Source of the DNA: a virus
Direction: 5' to 3' (one strand)
Length of the DNA stretch: 42,420 bases
Virus genome (UHGV): UHGV-0094761
In this document: positions 27,226 through 37,036 of the stretch, piece by piece
How positions within the stretch are numbered: the first letter of the stretch is position 1
Layout of the letters: the number at the start of each line of letters is the position of its first letter
Translations under genes and position numbers: made by a program
Notes under the pieces: model-generated
What the model saw: only the letters and a program-made list of their open reading frames with translations
Told to the model about the DNA's origin: nothing
The model's database searches: none

Positions 27226-28251
27226 ATGTCAACTTACACAACGGCCCAACTGCTGGCGGTCAATGAGAAGAAATTCAAGTTCGATCCGCTTTTCCTGCGT
27301 ATCTTCTTCCGTGAAAGCTATCCCTTCAGCACCGAGAAGGTGTATCTGTCGCAAATCCCGGGCATGGTCAACATGGCGCTGTATGTCTCGCCTGTTATTT
27401 CCGGCAAGGTTATCCGCTCCCGCGGCGGCGCAACGTCAGAGTTTACGCCGGGTTACGTCAAACCCAAGCACGAGGTAAATCCACAGATGACGCTGCGTCG
27501 CCTGCCGGATGAAGATCCGCAAAATCTGGCTGACCCGGCCTACCGCCGCCGTCGCATTATCCTGCAGAACATGAAGGATGAGGAGCTGGCGATTGCCCAG
27601 GTGGAAGAGAAACAGGCGGTGGCTGCTGTCCTCAACGGTAAATACACCATGACCGGCGAAGCGTTTGAACCGGTTGAGGTGGATATGGGACGCAGTGCCG
27701 GAAACAACATCATCCAGGCAGGCGCTGCGGCATGGAGCACCCGCGACAAAGAAACCTATGACCCCACTGACGATATTGAAACCTATGCGCTGAACGCCAG
27801 CGGCGTGGTCAATATTATCGTCTTTGATCCGAAGGGCTGGGCGTTGTTCCGTTCATTCAAAGCGGTAAAAGAGAAGCTTGACACCCGTCGCGGTTCTAAC
27901 TCTGAACTGGAAACGGCGCTGAAAGATCTGGGTGAAGCGGTCTCCTATAAGGGAATGTATGGCGATGTGGCCATTGTCGTTTACTCCGGGCAATACATTG
28001 AAGACGACACCAAAAAGAACTACCTGCCGGATTTGAGCATGGTGCTGGGTAATACCCAGGCGCGCGGCTTGCGCACCTACGGCTGCATTCAGGATGTGGA
28101 TGCCCAGCGTGAAGGCATTAATGCTTCCACGCGTTATCCGAAAAACTGGGTACAGACAGGCGATCCGGCGCGTGAGTTCACCATGATCCAGTCTGCACCA
28201 CTGATGCTGCTGGCTGACCCGGATGCGTTCGTGTCTGTCAAACTCGCCTGA
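27226..28251 (+). CDS. E: Major capsid protein E
   Basis: Start at ATG 27226 (MSTYTTAQLLAVNEKKFKFDPLFLR...); near-identical to lambda gpE over its full length as I recall it. Confidence 0.95.
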   Translation: MSTYTTAQLLAVNEKKFKFDPLFLRIFFRESYPFSTEKVYLSQIPGMVNMALYVSPVISGKVIRSRGGATSEFTPGYVKPKHEVNPQMTLRRLPDEDPQNLADPAYRRRRIILQNMKDEELAIAQVEEKQAVAAVLNGKYTMTGEAFEPVEVDMGRSAGNNIIQAGAAAWSTRDKETYDPTDDIETYALNASGVVNIIVFDPKGWALFRSFKAVKEKLDTRRGSNSELETALKDLGEAVSYKGMYGDVAIVVYSGQYIEDDTKKNYLPDLSMVLGNTQARGLRTYGCIQDVDAQREGINASTRYPKNWVQTGDPAREFTMIQSAPLMLLADPDAFVSVKLA

Positions 28252-28296
28252 TGTCCATTCTGTGGCCCTGCGGGGCCCTGCTCCGGAGTTGTTCTT

Positions 28297-28701
28297 ATGA
28301 CTGAAAAAGAAAAGTTGATTGCGCGGCTTAATGAACTTGGCGCGCAGCTTGATCGGGAAGTGAATACCAGTGGCACCATTCAGGAGCTCTCTATGCGCAT
28401 TGCAGAGCTGGAGGAAGAACTGAATGACGGCACGGATACCGATAGTGTTGAAAATGGTGGCGTGAGTGATGGTAGTGCATCCACCGGCGCCGTAGAACCC
28501 GTGCCGCCAGTGGATACTGTGTTAAGCGGTAGAACAGATGACGCGCTGATGGCCGTCGAAGCGCTGGCCACGCTGCACATTGAGGCGCTGCACGCGACCC
28601 GCGATGAACGGGTATCTATTGTCGAGGCGGGGACCGTGATCCGCGTGAAAGAAGCGGATGCGGACAGTCTGGTTGCACTCGGACTGGTCCGCGAGCACTA
28701 A
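28297..28701 (+). CDS. FI: DNA packaging protein FI
   Basis: 134 aa; position after E and C-terminal ...LHIEALHATRDE.V... matches lambda gpFI. Confidence 0.8.
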   Translation: MTEKEKLIARLNELGAQLDREVNTSGTIQELSMRIAELEEELNDGTDTDSVENGGVSDGSASTGAVEPVPPVDTVLSGRTDDALMAVEALATLHIEALHATRDERVSIVEAGTVIRVKEADADSLVALGLVREH

Positions 28702-28712
28702 CAGGGGGCTGT

Positions 28713-29066
28713 GTGGCTGATTTCGATAACCTTTTTGATGCTGCAATAACACAGGCCGATGACACTATTCGGCAGGTTATGGGGACTTCTGCAACGGTAA
28801 CGTCCGGCGCGATTTCTGGCGTCACGTTGAGTGGTGTTTTCGATGATCCGGAAAATATCGGTTACGCCACACCCGGCATCCGTGTCGAGGGGACCAGCCC
28901 GTCGCTGTTTGTGAAATCAGCAATGATTGGGCAACTGGCGCGGCTGGACACGCTGGATATTAACGGAAAGCCTTTCTGGGTTGATCGTATTGGTCCTGAT
29001 GACTGTGGATCCTGCCATGTCTGGCTCGGTACGGGTTCTCCCCCCGCAGCGACCCGGCGCCGGTAA
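28713..29066 (+). CDS. FII: Head-tail connector protein FII
   Basis: 117 aa; MADFDNLFDAAI...VFDDPENI.YA..G.RVEG.SPSLFV...FWVDR..PDD.GSCH.WLG.G.PPA..RRR matches lambda gpFII. Confidence 0.85.
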   Translation: MADFDNLFDAAITQADDTIRQVMGTSATVTSGAISGVTLSGVFDDPENIGYATPGIRVEGTSPSLFVKSAMIGQLARLDTLDINGKPFWVDRIGPDDCGSCHVWLGTGSPPAATRRR

Positions 29067-29075
29067 GGGGAAACT

Positions 29076-29630
29076 ATGTCTTTAAAAGGGCTTGAACAGG
29101 CTATAGCAAACCTGAACAGCATCAGCAATACGGCGGTTCCGCGGGCCTCGGCGCAGGCTGTTAACCGTGTCGCCACCCGGGCAGTCAGCCGAAGCGTTGC
29201 CGTTGTCTCGAAAGATACTCGGGTGCCACGCAAGCTGGTAAAACAACGCGCGAGGATAAAACGCGCCACGGCGAAAAATCCGATGGCAATGATTCGCGTG
29301 AACCGGGGCAACCTGCCCGCGATAAAGCTGGGTACCGCCAGCGTACGGTTATCCCGCAGAAAACGGGATAAAAAAGGGGCCAATAGTGTGTTGCGTATTG
29401 GCCCTTTTCGTTTCCCCGGTGCCTTTATTCAACAACTGGAAAATGGCCGCTGGCATGTGATGCGAAGGACATCCAGACCCCGCTATCCGATCGAAGTGGT
29501 CAGCATTCCACTGGCAGCGCCACTGACGACCGCATTTAAAGATGAGCTGCCGAAGCTAATGGAATCGGATATGCCTAAAGAACTTCGGGCATCCCTTAAA
29601 AACCAACTCAGGCTGATTCTGAAACGATGA
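29076..29630 (+). CDS. Z: Tail completion protein Z
   Basis: 184 aa; position and basic composition consistent with lambda gpZ. Confidence 0.8.
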   Translation: MSLKGLEQAIANLNSISNTAVPRASAQAVNRVATRAVSRSVAVVSKDTRVPRKLVKQRARIKRATAKNPMAMIRVNRGNLPAIKLGTASVRLSRRKRDKKGANSVLRIGPFRFPGAFIQQLENGRWHVMRRTSRPRYPIEVVSIPLAAPLTTAFKDELPKLMESDMPKELRASLKNQLRLILKR

Positions 29631-30025
29631 AACACACTGATATTAGAAAGGCGATTATTGATTCGCTGGAGAGCCATATTGGTAAAGACGCACTCTATTT
29701 TGACGGACGTCCAGCGGTACTGGAGGAGGGGGATTTTCCGGCGGTCGCTGTCTTCCTGACGGATGCCGGGTATACCGGCGAAGAACTGGATGCTGATATC
29801 TGGCAGGCCACGCTGCATATCGAAATCTTTTTACCAGCGCAGGTACCAGATTCCGAGCTCGATGACTGGATGGAGTCACGTATTTATCCGGTGCTTGGCA
29901 ATGTGCCAGGACTTTCCCTGCTGATCAATAACATGGTGCAGCAAGGGTATGACTACCAGCGCGATGATGATCTTGGGCTGTGGAGTTCGGCTGATCTGAA
30001 ATATTCCATTACCTACGAAATGTGA
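29627..30025 (+). CDS. U: Tail terminator protein U
   Basis: 132 aa; MKHT..R.A..D.LE.H......FDGRPAV..E.DFPAVAV.LT.A.YTGEELD.D.WQA.LHIE.FLPAQVPDSELD.WMESRIYPV matches lambda gpU. Confidence 0.9.
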   Translation: MKHTDIRKAIIDSLESHIGKDALYFDGRPAVLEEGDFPAVAVFLTDAGYTGEELDADIWQATLHIEIFLPAQVPDSELDDWMESRIYPVLGNVPGLSLLINNMVQQGYDYQRDDDLGLWSSADLKYSITYEM

Positions 30026-30032
30026 GGACGTA

Positions 30033-30770
30033 ATGACTACACCAAACCCACTGGCGCCGGTAAAGGGTGCCACCACCACGCTCTGGATTTATTCCGGATC
30101 GGGTAACCCGTTCGCCAACCCGGTATCGGATGTTGACTGGACGCGGCTGGCAAAGATTAAAGACCTGCAGCCCGGTGAACTGACTGCCGAATCAAACGAC
30201 GATACCTACCTGGACGACGATGATGCCGACTGGACTGCCACCTCGCAGGGGCAGAAATCGGCGGGTGAGGCCAGTTTTACGCTGGCCTGGAAACCTGCCG
30301 AGAGCGGGCAGCAGGATCTGGTTCGCTGGTTTGATGACGGTACCGTGCTGGCGTACAAAATTAAATACCCGAATGGCGCCATCGATGTGTTCCGTGGCTG
30401 GGTAAGCAGCCTGGGTAAAACGGTGACGGCAAAAGACACCATTACTCGTTCTGTCAAAATCAGCAATAACGGCAAGCCAGGCCTTGCTGAAGACAGCGCT
30501 GCTGCAGCGATTGCCGTAACTGGCGTCAGCCTGGATAAATCGACCGCCACCGTTGCAGTTGCTGCCACCACCACGCTGAATGTCACCGTGACGCCAGCCA
30601 GCGCGAGCGATCCATCTTTCCGGGCCACCACCACGGATGCAGGTAAAGCCACGGTGGCTGTCGCCGGTACGGTGCTGACGGTCACCGGCATTGCCGCCGG
30701 AACCGCCGACATTATCGTGATGACCAATGACGGGTTGTTTGTCGCGACCTGTAAAGTCACCGTTTCCTGA
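30033..30770 (+). CDS. V: Major tail protein V (with C-terminal Ig-like domain)
   Basis: 245 aa; N-terminal ...VKGA.TTLW.Y.GSG.P.ANP.SDVDW.RLAK.KDL.PGELTAES.DD.YLDD.DADWTAT.QGQKSAG matches lambda gpV. Confidence 0.9.
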   Translation: MTTPNPLAPVKGATTTLWIYSGSGNPFANPVSDVDWTRLAKIKDLQPGELTAESNDDTYLDDDDADWTATSQGQKSAGEASFTLAWKPAESGQQDLVRWFDDGTVLAYKIKYPNGAIDVFRGWVSSLGKTVTAKDTITRSVKISNNGKPGLAEDSAAAAIAVTGVSLDKSTATVAVAATTTLNVTVTPASASDPSFRATTTDAGKATVAVAGTVLTVTGIAAGTADIIVMTNDGLFVATCKVTVS

Positions 30771-30806
30771 TCTTCGGGGCTGTGGCCCCGCTTTCCGGAG
30801 TAACCC

Positions 30807-31214
30807 ATGTTTTTAAAAAGTGAACCGTTCGAACGTAACGGTAATACAGTCACGCTCTACGAGCTGTCGGCACTGCAGCGTATTGAGCATCTTGAACACC
30901 TGAAGGCGCTGGAAAGTATCACCGATGCCGACATGCAGGCGGCGATGGATATGACGATTAAATCCGGCGCACTGCTGGTGGCCATGTCGTTATGGCATGG
31001 GCATCCCCTGAAAGGGACGCACAAAACGCCGAAAGAAGACGTAGAGCAGATCCAGAATGAAGTGCTGATGACCTGGCCGCTGGAGATTGTTTCCGCAGCA
31101 GAGTACAGCGTGAAGCTGCTGTCAGGCATGGTGCCGCTGCAGGAAGTAAATGTTCCGGAGGATGTCGCTGTGACTGAGCCGGTCAGTCTGGAAAAGTCCT
31201 CGCCAGTGAGCTGA
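30807..31214 (+). CDS. G: Tail assembly chaperone G
   Basis: 135 aa; MFLK.E.FE.NG.TVTL.ELSALQRIEHL matches lambda gpG. Confidence 0.9.
   Translation: MFLKSEPFERNGNTVTLYELSALQRIEHLEHLKALESITDADMQAAMDMTIKSGALLVAMSLWHGHPLKGTHKTPKEDVEQIQNEVLMTWPLEIVSAAEYSVKLLSGMVPLQEVNVPEDVAVTEPVSLEKSSPVS
31190..31196 (+). other. Programmed -1 ribosomal frameshift site for G-T fusion (heptamer GGAAAAG)
   Basis: G-frame codons CTG GAA AAG at 31188-31196; the -1 frame continues ...GKVLASELTFVLKLAREFRRPDWRAMLAGMSSTEYADW..., matching the T part of lambda gpGT. Confidence 0.6.
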
Positions 31215-31543
31215 CATTCGTCCTGAAACTGGCGCGTGAATTTCGTCGCCCGGACTGGCGCGCCATGCTTGCTGGTATGTCGTCAACGGAATACGCCGAC
31301 TGGCGAACGTTCTACCAGGACAATTTTTTTAATGATGTGCAACTGGATGCGCATTTTTCCTCGCTGATGCATATCGTCATTACCGCGCTTGACCCCAAAA
31401 CCACATCAACCCCTGCCAGCTTCAGCCTGCTTTCACCTTCTGCGGAGGATATTGCCGACGATGAACCCGGTGATGCTGTGCTGATGGCAAAGGCCGAGGG
31501 CATTTCAGGAGGCGTTCGCTATGGCCCAGACGGCAGTGGGTGA
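31196..31543 (+). CDS. T: Tail assembly chaperone T portion (expressed as G-T fusion by -1 frameshift)
   Basis: The -1 frame relative to G is open from the slip site to 31543 and is homologous to lambda gpT (RPDWRAMLAGMSSTEYADW...GGVRYGPDG). Confidence 0.75.
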   Translation, partial: VLASELTFVLKLAREFRRPDWRAMLAGMSSTEYADWRTFYQDNFFNDVQLDAHFSSLMHIVITALDPKTTSTPASFSLLSPSAEDIADDEPGDAVLMAKAEGISGGVRYGPDGSG

Positions 31544-34037
31544 CCTGGTCGTTAACCTTGATGTTAACTCGTCAAAGTTCAACGAACAGATGGAGTACGT
31601 AAAACGGCAGTTTAAGCAGACGGGTGACGCAGCGAATGACTCTGCGCTGAAGGTGCAGCAGTCATTTACCCGCCAGGAGAGCGCGGCGAAGAAGGCCGGT
31701 ATTTCTGTAGGCCAGTACAACGCCGCGATGCGTATGCTGCCTGCGCAGTTTACGGATATCGCCACCCAGCTGGCCGGTGGTCAAAGCCCATGGCTCATTT
31801 TGCTGCAGCAGGGTGGTCAGGTTAAAGACTCCTTCGGCGGTATCATGCCGACCTTCAGGGCGCTGCTGGGCACCATATCGCCGGTGATGGTGGGGGTTGG
31901 CGCGCTGGCAGCCGCCACCGGTGCGGTGGTTTACGCCTGGTATCAGGGCTCGTCCACGCTGTCTGATTTCAACAAAACGCTGGTCCTGTCCGGAAACACT
32001 GCCGGGCTGACCTCAAACCGCATGCTGGTTCTGGCGAAATCCGGCGAGCAGGCGGGACTCACGTTTAACCAGACCAGCAACGCGCTGACGGAGCTGGTTA
32101 ACGCCGGAGTGCGTGCCGGTGCCCGGTTCGATGATATGAGTCAGGCGGTAGCGAAATTCACCGATGCGTCGGGTGTGCCGGTCGATAAGGTGGCGGCGGC
32201 ATTCGGCAAACTGACGAACGATCCGACCTCTGGTCTGATTGCCATGGCGCAGCAGTTCCATAACGTCACAGCGGAACAGATTGCTTATGTGGCACAGCTG
32301 CAACGTGCCGGGGATGAAGCCGGGGCGCTGCAGGCGGCTAATGATGCGGCGACGAATGGTTTTCGTGAGCAGACAAAGAGCCTGCGCGACAATATGGGGT
32401 CGATTGAGACTGCTGCCGACAGCCTGAAGCGTGCCTTTAAATCGATGTGGGATGCGGCGCTCGATATCGGCCGGCCTGACACCACGCAGGAGATGGTTGC
32501 CAAAGCTGAAGCGGCCTTTAAGCGGGCGGATGAAATCTGGAATCTGCGTAAAGGTGATGGTTATGTCAATGAGGATGCGCGCGCCAGCTACTGGAACGAT
32601 CGGGAATCTGCACGCCTTGCACTGGAAATGGCGCAGCAGCAGGCCAGTGTGGCAAAGGCAACTGAGGATAACGCCGCACGCGAGGCGGTGATTGAGTCTG
32701 ATCGCCAGAAGTATGCCGCGCAGGCGCAGGCTGCATATTCAAAGACCGAATCAGCTTTGGATAAATTTACGGCAAAACAGAAAGAATATAATCAGGCCAT
32801 CAAAGACGGACGTATCCTCCAGGCTGATTACAATATTCTGATGGCAGCCGCTAAGAAGGAATACGACGACTCACTGAAGAAGCCTAAAAAGCCGTCAGCA
32901 GTGAAAACACCTGCAGGTGTAAAAAGTGTCGATACTGCCAGCGCGCAGACGCTGGAGTTGGAGGCGCAGTTACGCACTCTGCAGGATCATAAGAGCATCA
33001 CGGATACCATCAGCCAGCAGCGGCAGGAATTGTGGAAACAACAATCCCGCTTTTCAGTGCTGGAAGAGGCCGCCAAAAAGCGCGCGCTGACCGCCGATGA
33101 AAAATCGGTGCTGGCGAACAAAGACGAGGTACTGGCGCGGGCCGAAGTGAATGCCCGGCTGGGCGATCAGATTGTTGCCCAGGAACGGTTAAACCGCCTG
33201 CAGGACAGCTCGCAGAAGTACGTTACCCAGATCGGGGAGAAGACCCGAGCGCTGGTGGCCGGGGGCAGCATGAGTAGCCGCGGCGCGCAGCGGCAAAACG
33301 AAGAGGCACAGCTGCGGCAGGGCTGGATGAATGCAGGTGGATCGGATTCCGATCAGGGTTATCAGAACGAACTGGCGGCGCTGAAAAAATATTATGCAGC
33401 CCAAGATAAGTTAAGAGGTGACTGGAGTGCTGGAGCTAAATCAGCATGGGCCGACTACGTGGAGTCGGCTGAAAACGCCTATGACTCCATTAAGTCAGTA
33501 GCAACATCCACATTTGATGGAATCAGCCATAGTCTTGCTGACATGCTTACAACTGGGAAAGCAAACCTAGCTGATTTTACCCGTTCCACGTTGTCGATGC
33601 TGACGCAGATACTGATGAAGCAGGCTATGGCTGGCTTGGTTAGTTCTGCCACGTCATCACTTGGATTTGCAGGTGGTGGGTATACCGGAACTGGCGGCAA
33701 GTTTGAGCCAGCAGGTGTGGTGCACCGTGGAGAGTTTGTCTTTACGCAGGAGGCCACTAACCGAATCGGTGTCGGCAACCTTTATCGCATGATGCGCGGT
33801 TATGCGACTGGCGGTCTGGTCGGGGGGAGTGGCGGTGGCGTTGCTTCTCCTTTTGGTGTCAGCGTGTATGCGCCAGTTTCGGTTACAACAGGCCAGGGAG
33901 ATTCCGGTCAACAGAAAGGAAGTGGTGATGCGCTGGGGAAAGCCTATCAGCAGGTGATCAACAGTTCCATCAGGGAAGGTATCACCAGAGAGGTCCGGCC
34001 CGGCGGTATCATCTGGAATGCAACAAAACAGAGGTAA
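31521..34037 (+). CDS. H: Tail tape measure protein H
   Basis: 838 aa; N-terminal ...VGDLVV.L........EQM..V.R.F...AGISVGQY.AAMRMLPAQFTD.ATQLAGGQSPWLILLQQGGQVKDSFGG matches lambda gpH; extended coiled-coil. Confidence 0.95.
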   Translation: MAQTAVGDLVVNLDVNSSKFNEQMEYVKRQFKQTGDAANDSALKVQQSFTRQESAAKKAGISVGQYNAAMRMLPAQFTDIATQLAGGQSPWLILLQQGGQVKDSFGGIMPTFRALLGTISPVMVGVGALAAATGAVVYAWYQGSSTLSDFNKTLVLSGNTAGLTSNRMLVLAKSGEQAGLTFNQTSNALTELVNAGVRAGARFDDMSQAVAKFTDASGVPVDKVAAAFGKLTNDPTSGLIAMAQQFHNVTAEQIAYVAQLQRAGDEAGALQAANDAATNGFREQTKSLRDNMGSIETAADSLKRAFKSMWDAALDIGRPDTTQEMVAKAEAAFKRADEIWNLRKGDGYVNEDARASYWNDRESARLALEMAQQQASVAKATEDNAAREAVIESDRQKYAAQAQAAYSKTESALDKFTAKQKEYNQAIKDGRILQADYNILMAAAKKEYDDSLKKPKKPSAVKTPAGVKSVDTASAQTLELEAQLRTLQDHKSITDTISQQRQELWKQQSRFSVLEEAAKKRALTADEKSVLANKDEVLARAEVNARLGDQIVAQERLNRLQDSSQKYVTQIGEKTRALVAGGSMSSRGAQRQNEEAQLRQGWMNAGGSDSDQGYQNELAALKKYYAAQDKLRGDWSAGAKSAWADYVESAENAYDSIKSVATSTFDGISHSLADMLTTGKANLADFTRSTLSMLTQILMKQAMAGLVSSATSSLGFAGGGYTGTGGKFEPAGVVHRGEFVFTQEATNRIGVGNLYRMMRGYATGGLVGGSGGGVASPFGVSVYAPVSVTTGQGDSGQQKGSGDALGKAYQQVINSSIREGITREVRPGGIIWNATKQR

Positions 34038-34040
34038 GCA

Positions 34041-34388
34041 ATGGCGATCGAGCATTTTGCGTGGCGGATTAAAGCATCCAGCCAGCCGACCCTGAAAAGT
34101 AAGGATACCGTCCGCACGGCGCAGTTTGGTGATGGTTATAAGCAGGTGTCAGGTGCCGGGCTGAATGATGAAACGCTCAGCTATGAGTTTTCATTTACCG
34201 GCGAACCGGGAACTGTAAAGGATATCTATGCTTTCCTGCGGCGCCATAAGACGAAATCATTTTCGTTTACCCCGCCTGGCGGTGATCTTGCGCTGTGGCG
34301 CGTTGAGGCAGACAGCCTGCAGCGCGTCACCAAAAGTAAAACGGTGGAAACCGTATCAGCCACCTTTGAACAGGCGTTTGCACCATGA
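34041..34388 (+). CDS. M: Minor tail protein M
   Basis: 115 aa; position and size match lambda gpM. Confidence 0.85.
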   Translation: MAIEHFAWRIKASSQPTLKSKDTVRTAQFGDGYKQVSGAGLNDETLSYEFSFTGEPGTVKDIYAFLRRHKTKSFSFTPPGGDLALWRVEADSLQRVTKSKTVETVSATFEQAFAP

Positions 34389-35140
34389 GCTTAAACAGTG
34401 ATTATCAGAAACTTGAGCCGGGCAATGTTGTCCGGCTTTTTGATGTCGATGGCACCGCATTTGGTGTTTCCGACGTTCTCCGCTTCCACGCCCATAATAT
34501 TGCCCACACCGCCGATGAAATCGCCGCTGCTGGTGGAGATGAAAATAAGCTACCGGCAAAATCGATCTGGTGGCAAGGACAGGAATATAAAGCCTGGCCT
34601 TGTCAGATAGAGGGGATTGAGACGGCGACCGATGGGACCAGCGCGCAGCCAACGCTCTCGGTCGCTAACCTGGATAGTTCCATTACGGCGTTGTGTCTTG
34701 CTTATGATGACCTGCTGCAGGCAAAGGTTACTGTTCATGACACGCTGGCGCAGTATCTGGATGCGAAAAACTATCCGGAGGGCAACCCGTCGGCGGATCC
34801 TCAGCAGGAAAAGCTGAAGGTGTTTTACATAGACGCCAAGAGCACTGAAACCAACGAAGTGGTGGCGTTTACGTTGTCCAGCCCGATGGATCTGCAGGGG
34901 CTGATGATCCCGACACGCCAGCTACATTCGCTTTGTACCTGGTGCATCCGGAATAAATACCGCTCCGGTGATGGATGCGACTATGCCGGGACGCGCTATT
35001 TCGACAAGCACAACAACCCGGTTAACGATCCGTCACTCGATGAATGCCCCGGTACACTCACTGCGTGCAAGTTGCGACATGGCGAGGGGAACGAGTTGCC
35101 GTTCGGTGGTTTCCCTGGCACATCCCTGATCAGGAGCTGA
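34385..35140 (+). CDS. L: Minor tail protein L
   Basis: 251 aa; C-terminal Cys cluster (CTWC...C...C) consistent with the Fe-S-binding region of lambda gpL. Confidence 0.85.
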   Translation: MSLNSDYQKLEPGNVVRLFDVDGTAFGVSDVLRFHAHNIAHTADEIAAAGGDENKLPAKSIWWQGQEYKAWPCQIEGIETATDGTSAQPTLSVANLDSSITALCLAYDDLLQAKVTVHDTLAQYLDAKNYPEGNPSADPQQEKLKVFYIDAKSTETNEVVAFTLSSPMDLQGLMIPTRQLHSLCTWCIRNKYRSGDGCDYAGTRYFDKHNNPVNDPSLDECPGTLTACKLRHGEGNELPFGGFPGTSLIRS

Positions 35141-35141
35141 T

Positions 35142-35858
35142 ATGCGTCAGAAAATTATCGACGCCATTATGGCGCATGCTGCTGCTGAATATCCGCGCGA
35201 ATGCTGCGGCGTGGTGGTACAGAAAAGCAGGGTGCAGCGGTATATTCCCTGCCGTAATCTGGCAACTGATCCGACAGAGCATTTCCACCTGTCACCGGAG
35301 GATTACGCCGCTGCCGAAGACTGGGGTACGGTGATTGCCATTGTCCACAGTCACCCTGACGCAACGACACAGCCGAGCGAACTGGATAAGGCACAGTGTG
35401 ATGCTACGTTACTTCCCTGGCATATCGTGAGCTGGCCGGAGGGGGATTTACGCACCATTCAGCCGCGCGGAGAATTGCCGCTGCTGGAACGCCCGTTTGT
35501 TCTTGGTCACTTCGATTGCTGGGGGCTGGTGATGAGTTACTTCAGGCAGACGCATGGTATTGAACTGAAGGATTACCGCGTCGATTATCCCTGGTGGGAA
35601 GACAGTTACCCCGAAAACTTCTACCACGATTGCTGGTATGAATGTGGATTCCGTGAATTCAGCGGCGCATCACAGCCAGGTGATATGGTGATCATGCAGG
35701 TGCAGTCAAATAAATGGAACCATGCCGGGATACTGCTTGACGGCAATATGCTACTGCATCATCTTTACGGACACCTTAGTCAACGTGTACCCTATGGAGG
35801 GTATTGGCAGGAGCGAACAATGAAAATTTTACGTTTTAAGAATCTTCTAAGTCAGTAA
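35142..35858 (+). CDS. K: Tail assembly protein K (JAB/MPN plus NlpC/P60-like)
   Basis: 238 aa; HSHPD metalloprotease-type motif (AIVHSHPD) and C-terminal Cys/His region, as in lambda gpK. Confidence 0.85.
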   Translation: MRQKIIDAIMAHAAAEYPRECCGVVVQKSRVQRYIPCRNLATDPTEHFHLSPEDYAAAEDWGTVIAIVHSHPDATTQPSELDKAQCDATLLPWHIVSWPEGDLRTIQPRGELPLLERPFVLGHFDCWGLVMSYFRQTHGIELKDYRVDYPWWEDSYPENFYHDCWYECGFREFSGASQPGDMVIMQVQSNKWNHAGILLDGNMLLHHLYGHLSQRVPYGGYWQERTMKILRFKNLLSQ

Positions 35859-35930
35859 TTCATTTATTGTTTTTTGTGATTCCTGTCTGCTTGTTAATTT
35901 AAAAACTAATGATAAACATAGGGAATATAA

Positions 35931-36371
35931 ATGTTTAGAGGTATGGCAGTATCTATGTTAGCTGTGGTTATTTTGAGTGGTTGCTCTAATCAAGAGGCCA
36001 TCAAAAAACACACTGCATCTGGTAAACCTGAAGCGGAATATCCAGGTAAAACTAAAGAACAGGTAAAGGACGCGTTAGTTTCTTATTGTAACCAAAAAGG
36101 ATTGTCAGTATTTGAATCTACAGAATCACTTGTAATATGTGGAAAGCAGACTGATAGCGTATTGGCACAAATGCTCGTGGGTAATTCATATTCAACCCCA
36201 TCTATGGCAAAGATTAGATTTACTATAGCTTCGGTAAATAATGCCCCGAAAGTATGGAGTGATATGTGGATTGAAAGCCAAATGCCAGGAGGACAGTTAA
36301 ATCAGATGCCATCAAAAAATAATACAGATATTAACTCAGTGCAAAATATGCTTGATAATCTACAGCCATAA
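35931..36371 (+). CDS. Lipoprotein moron inserted between K and I (unknown function)
   Basis: 146 aa; signal peptide with lipobox LSGC; strongly AT-rich; has its own terminator; lambda has no gene at this position. Confidence 0.6.
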   Translation: MFRGMAVSMLAVVILSGCSNQEAIKKHTASGKPEAEYPGKTKEQVKDALVSYCNQKGLSVFESTESLVICGKQTDSVLAQMLVGNSYSTPSMAKIRFTIASVNNAPKVWSDMWIESQMPGGQLNQMPSKNNTDINSVQNMLDNLQP

Positions 36372-36390
36372 TAAAACTTTTAATGAAAAA

Positions 36391-36411
36391 CCCACCGCAA
36401 GGTGGGTTTTT
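36391..36411 (+). terminator. Rho-independent terminator after the lipoprotein moron
   Basis: CCCACC-gcaa-GGTGGG followed by 5 T, preceded by 5 A (bidirectional potential). Confidence 0.6.
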
Positions 36412-36433
36412 CATTTGTGGGGGTACGCGTAAA

Positions 36434-37015
36434 ATGGCACAGATAATACTCTGTGGAGTTCTTGGTAAGACGTTTGGGAAAGAACATTTTCGATTAATTG
36501 ATAGAGTCGGAGAAGCAGGTGTTGCGTTATCAAAAACAATACCCGGATTTGAAAAATTCATGATTTCGAGTAAGCGTCGTGGCATTACATACGCTATTTT
36601 TAAGGGGAAGAAGAATATCGGTCTTGACGACTTTGGTTTTCCTGTTTCTGATGAAGTTATTCGCATTGTTCCAGTAATTATCGGTAGTAAACGCTCTGGT
36701 CTGTTACAGACTATCTTAGGTGCTGTCATTGTTATTGCATCAGCCATCGGTAGCTATTTTGCACCGGGCAACCCAATTTCCGCATTTGGATTTAAGGTTG
36801 GTGCAGCAATGATGATTGGTGGTGTAGTTCAAATGCTATCGCCACAGCCAGCAGGACTTGCCAGCAAACAGGATGCCGAAAATCGGGCATCGTATGCATT
36901 CGGTGGTGTAACTAACACTGCTGCTCAGGGTAATCCAGTTCCGCTTCTTTATGGTCGCAGACGTATTGGCGGGGCGATCATCTCTGCCGGTATATACGTC
37001 GAAGACCAGCAATAA
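36434..37015 (+). CDS. I: Tail assembly protein I
   Basis: Start at ATG 36434 (MAQIILCGV...), downstream of the terminator; ubiquitin-like N-terminal domain and Gly/Ala-rich hydrophobic C-terminus, as in lambda gpI. Confidence 0.75.
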   Translation: MAQIILCGVLGKTFGKEHFRLIDRVGEAGVALSKTIPGFEKFMISSKRRGITYAIFKGKKNIGLDDFGFPVSDEVIRIVPVIIGSKRSGLLQTILGAVIVIASAIGSYFAPGNPISAFGFKVGAAMMIGGVVQMLSPQPAGLASKQDAENRASYAFGGVTNTAAQGNPVPLLYGRRRIGGAIISAGIYVEDQQ

Positions 37016-37036
37016 CCAAAGCAATCTTCCTTTCAG

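Noticed and set aside
36383-36433. Longer start for gene I at 36383 (track ORF)
   Set aside because: That extension would run through the terminator hairpin at 36391-36411; the ATG at 36434 downstream of the terminator is preferred.
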